Assembly (NCBI GenBank): GCA_040954595.2
Contig: CM082578.2
Span: forward strand, 4,570,831-4,634,830
Direction: 5' to 3'
DNA from: Balanoglossus misakiensis
Lineage: Eukaryota > Animalia > Hemichordata
Length of the DNA: 64,000 nucleotides
The position numbers were made by a program, and so were the translations under genes. Below, piece by piece: positions 61,101-64,000 of this stretch; within the stretch, counting starts at the first letter, position 1; every line of letters begins with the position of its first letter. Below the pieces are notes generated by a model that was not told where the DNA came from, made no database searches, and saw nothing but the letters and a program-made list of their open reading frames with translations.

Positions 61101-62844
61101 AGGAAAAACACATTGGATTTTTTTTAATTATTTACTCCAGGAAAATCCTTGTTTTAAGAATAACTTATCACTAGAGTATATGGTGATGCAGGGTAAAATG
61201 AGATTTTAAGGTTGGCCTTTTAGAAGACGTTCATTATAAAGACCAGCATCTTCGAGTACACGTAAATTTTTAAGACCGTAATATCTTCCCGTATTAAACA
61301 GTTTGGTATTATCGTAAAATTTTACGGCAGCCAGTTCTTAAAATTGCGGCTTTCCAAAAGCAATTTGGAGTAAGCAAGAGACGCCATGAGTGCCGTTTTT
61401 GCATGATTGAACAAAATTCGCCACAGAATTTCATTATCGTAAAATCCTGACATGCCTACAAAGGTCGTGACCTTCAATTATCAGACTGAGGCTTTCAAGG
61501 TATCAGCTTATACGTGGGCTATTTCCAGCAAGAATAGTCAATACTCTAGCGCTGTATTATTAATCCATTTTTCACCAAACATTGTCAATCGCTGCAGAAG
61601 GGCGGCCATCTACGCATTAAAATTATGCAATTTTCCGCAAAGACACATAATGCTTGATTTGGTTTTCAGGGGGTAAACCCCGGATTGTATTTTGAGGTTT
61701 GCGCATGTCTGAGAGTTTTCCAGAAAAGTGTACCGTGCCTCGTGTGTTTTAAAATACTTGTGATTTCTGCGTATGCTATTACATGTACAATGTAATTGCA
61801 AACTTTGATTTGTTTTCCTCTCAGTCTCGTGAAATGTCCTTTTTTTATTATCTCATCTTCTGTACTGTCAAAGATGAGGAGTGCCCACCCAATGACATGA
61901 GTGAAATTTAAGATAGTTTAACAGGTAATGTCGCTAAAGGAAAATAAATTTATTTGAAATTAAAGTTCGAAATGTAAGTAGCGAAAGGAACACCGAGAAA
62001 CAATACCCAAAGAAGAATAATGCGCAGTTGTTTCTAGACCTCGTACATCTAATGTTTACCCTCCCGTAGACGAATTGGTTCAAATTACGTGAGTGGAGTC
62101 CCGGCCATCGTGGGTCGAAGTATATACTGGCCCAGCTGTGATATAAAATTAGCATTCATTTTCCCGCAAGCAGGTGTGGGCGTTGCGTGCTAGGTGGGAA
62201 TACAACAGACTGGTAAATAACACTTCAGTTTTCATCTCAAACTAATGGATCTATCATAATCATATTTGAACACCGTCGATGAACAGGGTCTCTACATTTC
62301 TCCTTCTTACACATATCCTAGAACAAATTCTCTCAATTATTTTTTGATAATTTCTTTCATAAAATTTTTAAAATATCATTCTGTTTTTCAAGTCTTATTT
62401 TGTCAAAAAGACACGAATATCTAGTTTGACGAATTCTGTTTGAATTGCCTAATGATTAGCCTTCGAAAAGTTTGTTTTCTTCGTTAAATGTCATGTCTAT
62501 AGACAAAGAATTGTATACTTTATGACTATACAGGCGTATGACTGACAGTGCTCATTTACTAGTATATGTACAAGTTATGATAGCAATGTTCATTGCTATT
62601 AAACGCACTAGGTTTCTCGACAGGATTGTTACATTCCAAAATCAGATTTAAATGTTGCACAAAAGATTTTTTTTGTTATCGTGCAACTAAATTATAAAAT
62701 TCACTGCCAAATGATCTTAGATTAGTCTCGAATCTTGGAAAGTTTAAGGTCCTCCTGAAAGAATTTATAAGGAAGAAAATTCCGTTGTTATATCGAGCCC
62801 CGGTAAAATATATTCATTTGAATAACTCGGTCGCTCTTTAAAAG

Positions 62845-62909
62845 TGTAAATAAATAAAATAAATAAATAAATTAATGAATAAATAAATAAATAAATAAAT
62901 AAATAAAAT
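62845..62909. repeat. (AAAT)n microsatellite
   Basis: Directly visible. Confidence 0.9.
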
Positions 62910-64000
62910 ATTAAACAATTTGTTTGTGGTCGCTCTCAAACTTACGCGCTACAATTCAGCGAGTAGGCACAAGATTTTGTTTTCGAGAAGAATGGTCCTC
63001 ATTGCAAGATATTGTCTGAAATCTATCTGGAAAAATCTAAATTAGATTCGATGCGTTGTCTTATCTCCAATGGGCACCTTTAGCGGGTATGCCCTTCAAA
63101 GACTAGAGGAAGTAACTTCGGGTGATTTCAAGTGAAAAGGTTTTTTCTTGGTTTCGTCATTTTTTTCCAATCTTGCTATGCGTGCCTATATACTATAGAG
63201 AAATACCAAACTCCGGGCGCTATACGACGTGTTTAATAATAATACTTCATACCGCGCATGGCAATGGCTATATTTGTCTCATGCAACAATCGCCAACGTG
63301 ACTTTTGTAGCCGCTATGTCCTTTGGATTATTTCACTCACACACCGCCGCTAACCAGTTTGTTTACCCACTGACCTAACGATATACATGTAGTGCGTATT
63401 TTCTATGAAAAGGTAATTATATCTTCTGTTGTGGGCAGTACCTGTATGTTTGTCTTGGAGGTACTGTATATACGTACATGTATGCCTATGATCTGATGCG
63501 AGAAAGTACAGTTCTCGCATGTCTGCTCGCCAGGGGAAAGTGACCACGGCTGAAAATCATAGCTGACAGAGTAAATAGTCGAGCTCGCTGGGAAGTTTTC
63601 GGCTCACTGGAGAACGGACAATTCTCGGCTTTTCAGCACAAATGCGAATTTCTGTTCACCGGAAGAGTTGTCTGCTCCGAATTCACTTCAGTGCCATCGA
63701 CCGATTCTATTTGCATCCTAAGATATTTCTCTTCGATCAGAAGTGTTTGTCCTGAACTTACAGGGGATCGAAGTAACAGACACATGAATTTCCTTACATA
63801 GTTGTGATGTTTTCGAATAGTCGCTGATTTATGCATTAATTATAGCGTCCAACTTTCCAACTGGTATTAGCATGTTATAAATTGATGCGACTTTTACTGC
63901 CGTGAGACTTTTATGGGGTCCATTTTGGACGAGGGCTTACACAAATTAGGAGCAACTGCGGTTTTTACACAGAACATATACTAAGCGCGGAATTGTTTTA

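Overview
AT-rich, repeat-dense animal genomic DNA with spliceosomal genes; the gene and repeat content looks like a marine invertebrate deuterostome (inference, not verified). Contents: (1) a Helentron/HINE-like tandem array at 1-6247; (2) two recently duplicated, inverted copies of a somatomedin-B/Cys-rich class-B (Methuselah/adhesion-like) GPCR whose differences cluster in short ectodomain patches; (3) an 11-exon WASP/N-WASP gene on the minus strand whose 19.3-kb intron 4 hosts, antisense, one GPCR copy and a pentraxin gene; (4) a Crypton-type tyrosine recombinase with a nonsense codon just before its catalytic His/Tyr; (5) an EGF-TM-(PPxY)x5 membrane protein gene; (6) many MITEs. The most unusual signal is five copies of a minimal type-I hammerhead ribozyme in Penelope-like 3' ends. 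Three of them lie in the same orientation inside the WASP intron and bracket the GPCR and pentraxin genes as HHR-GPCR-HHR-pentraxin-HHR. All calls were made by eye, without database searches.
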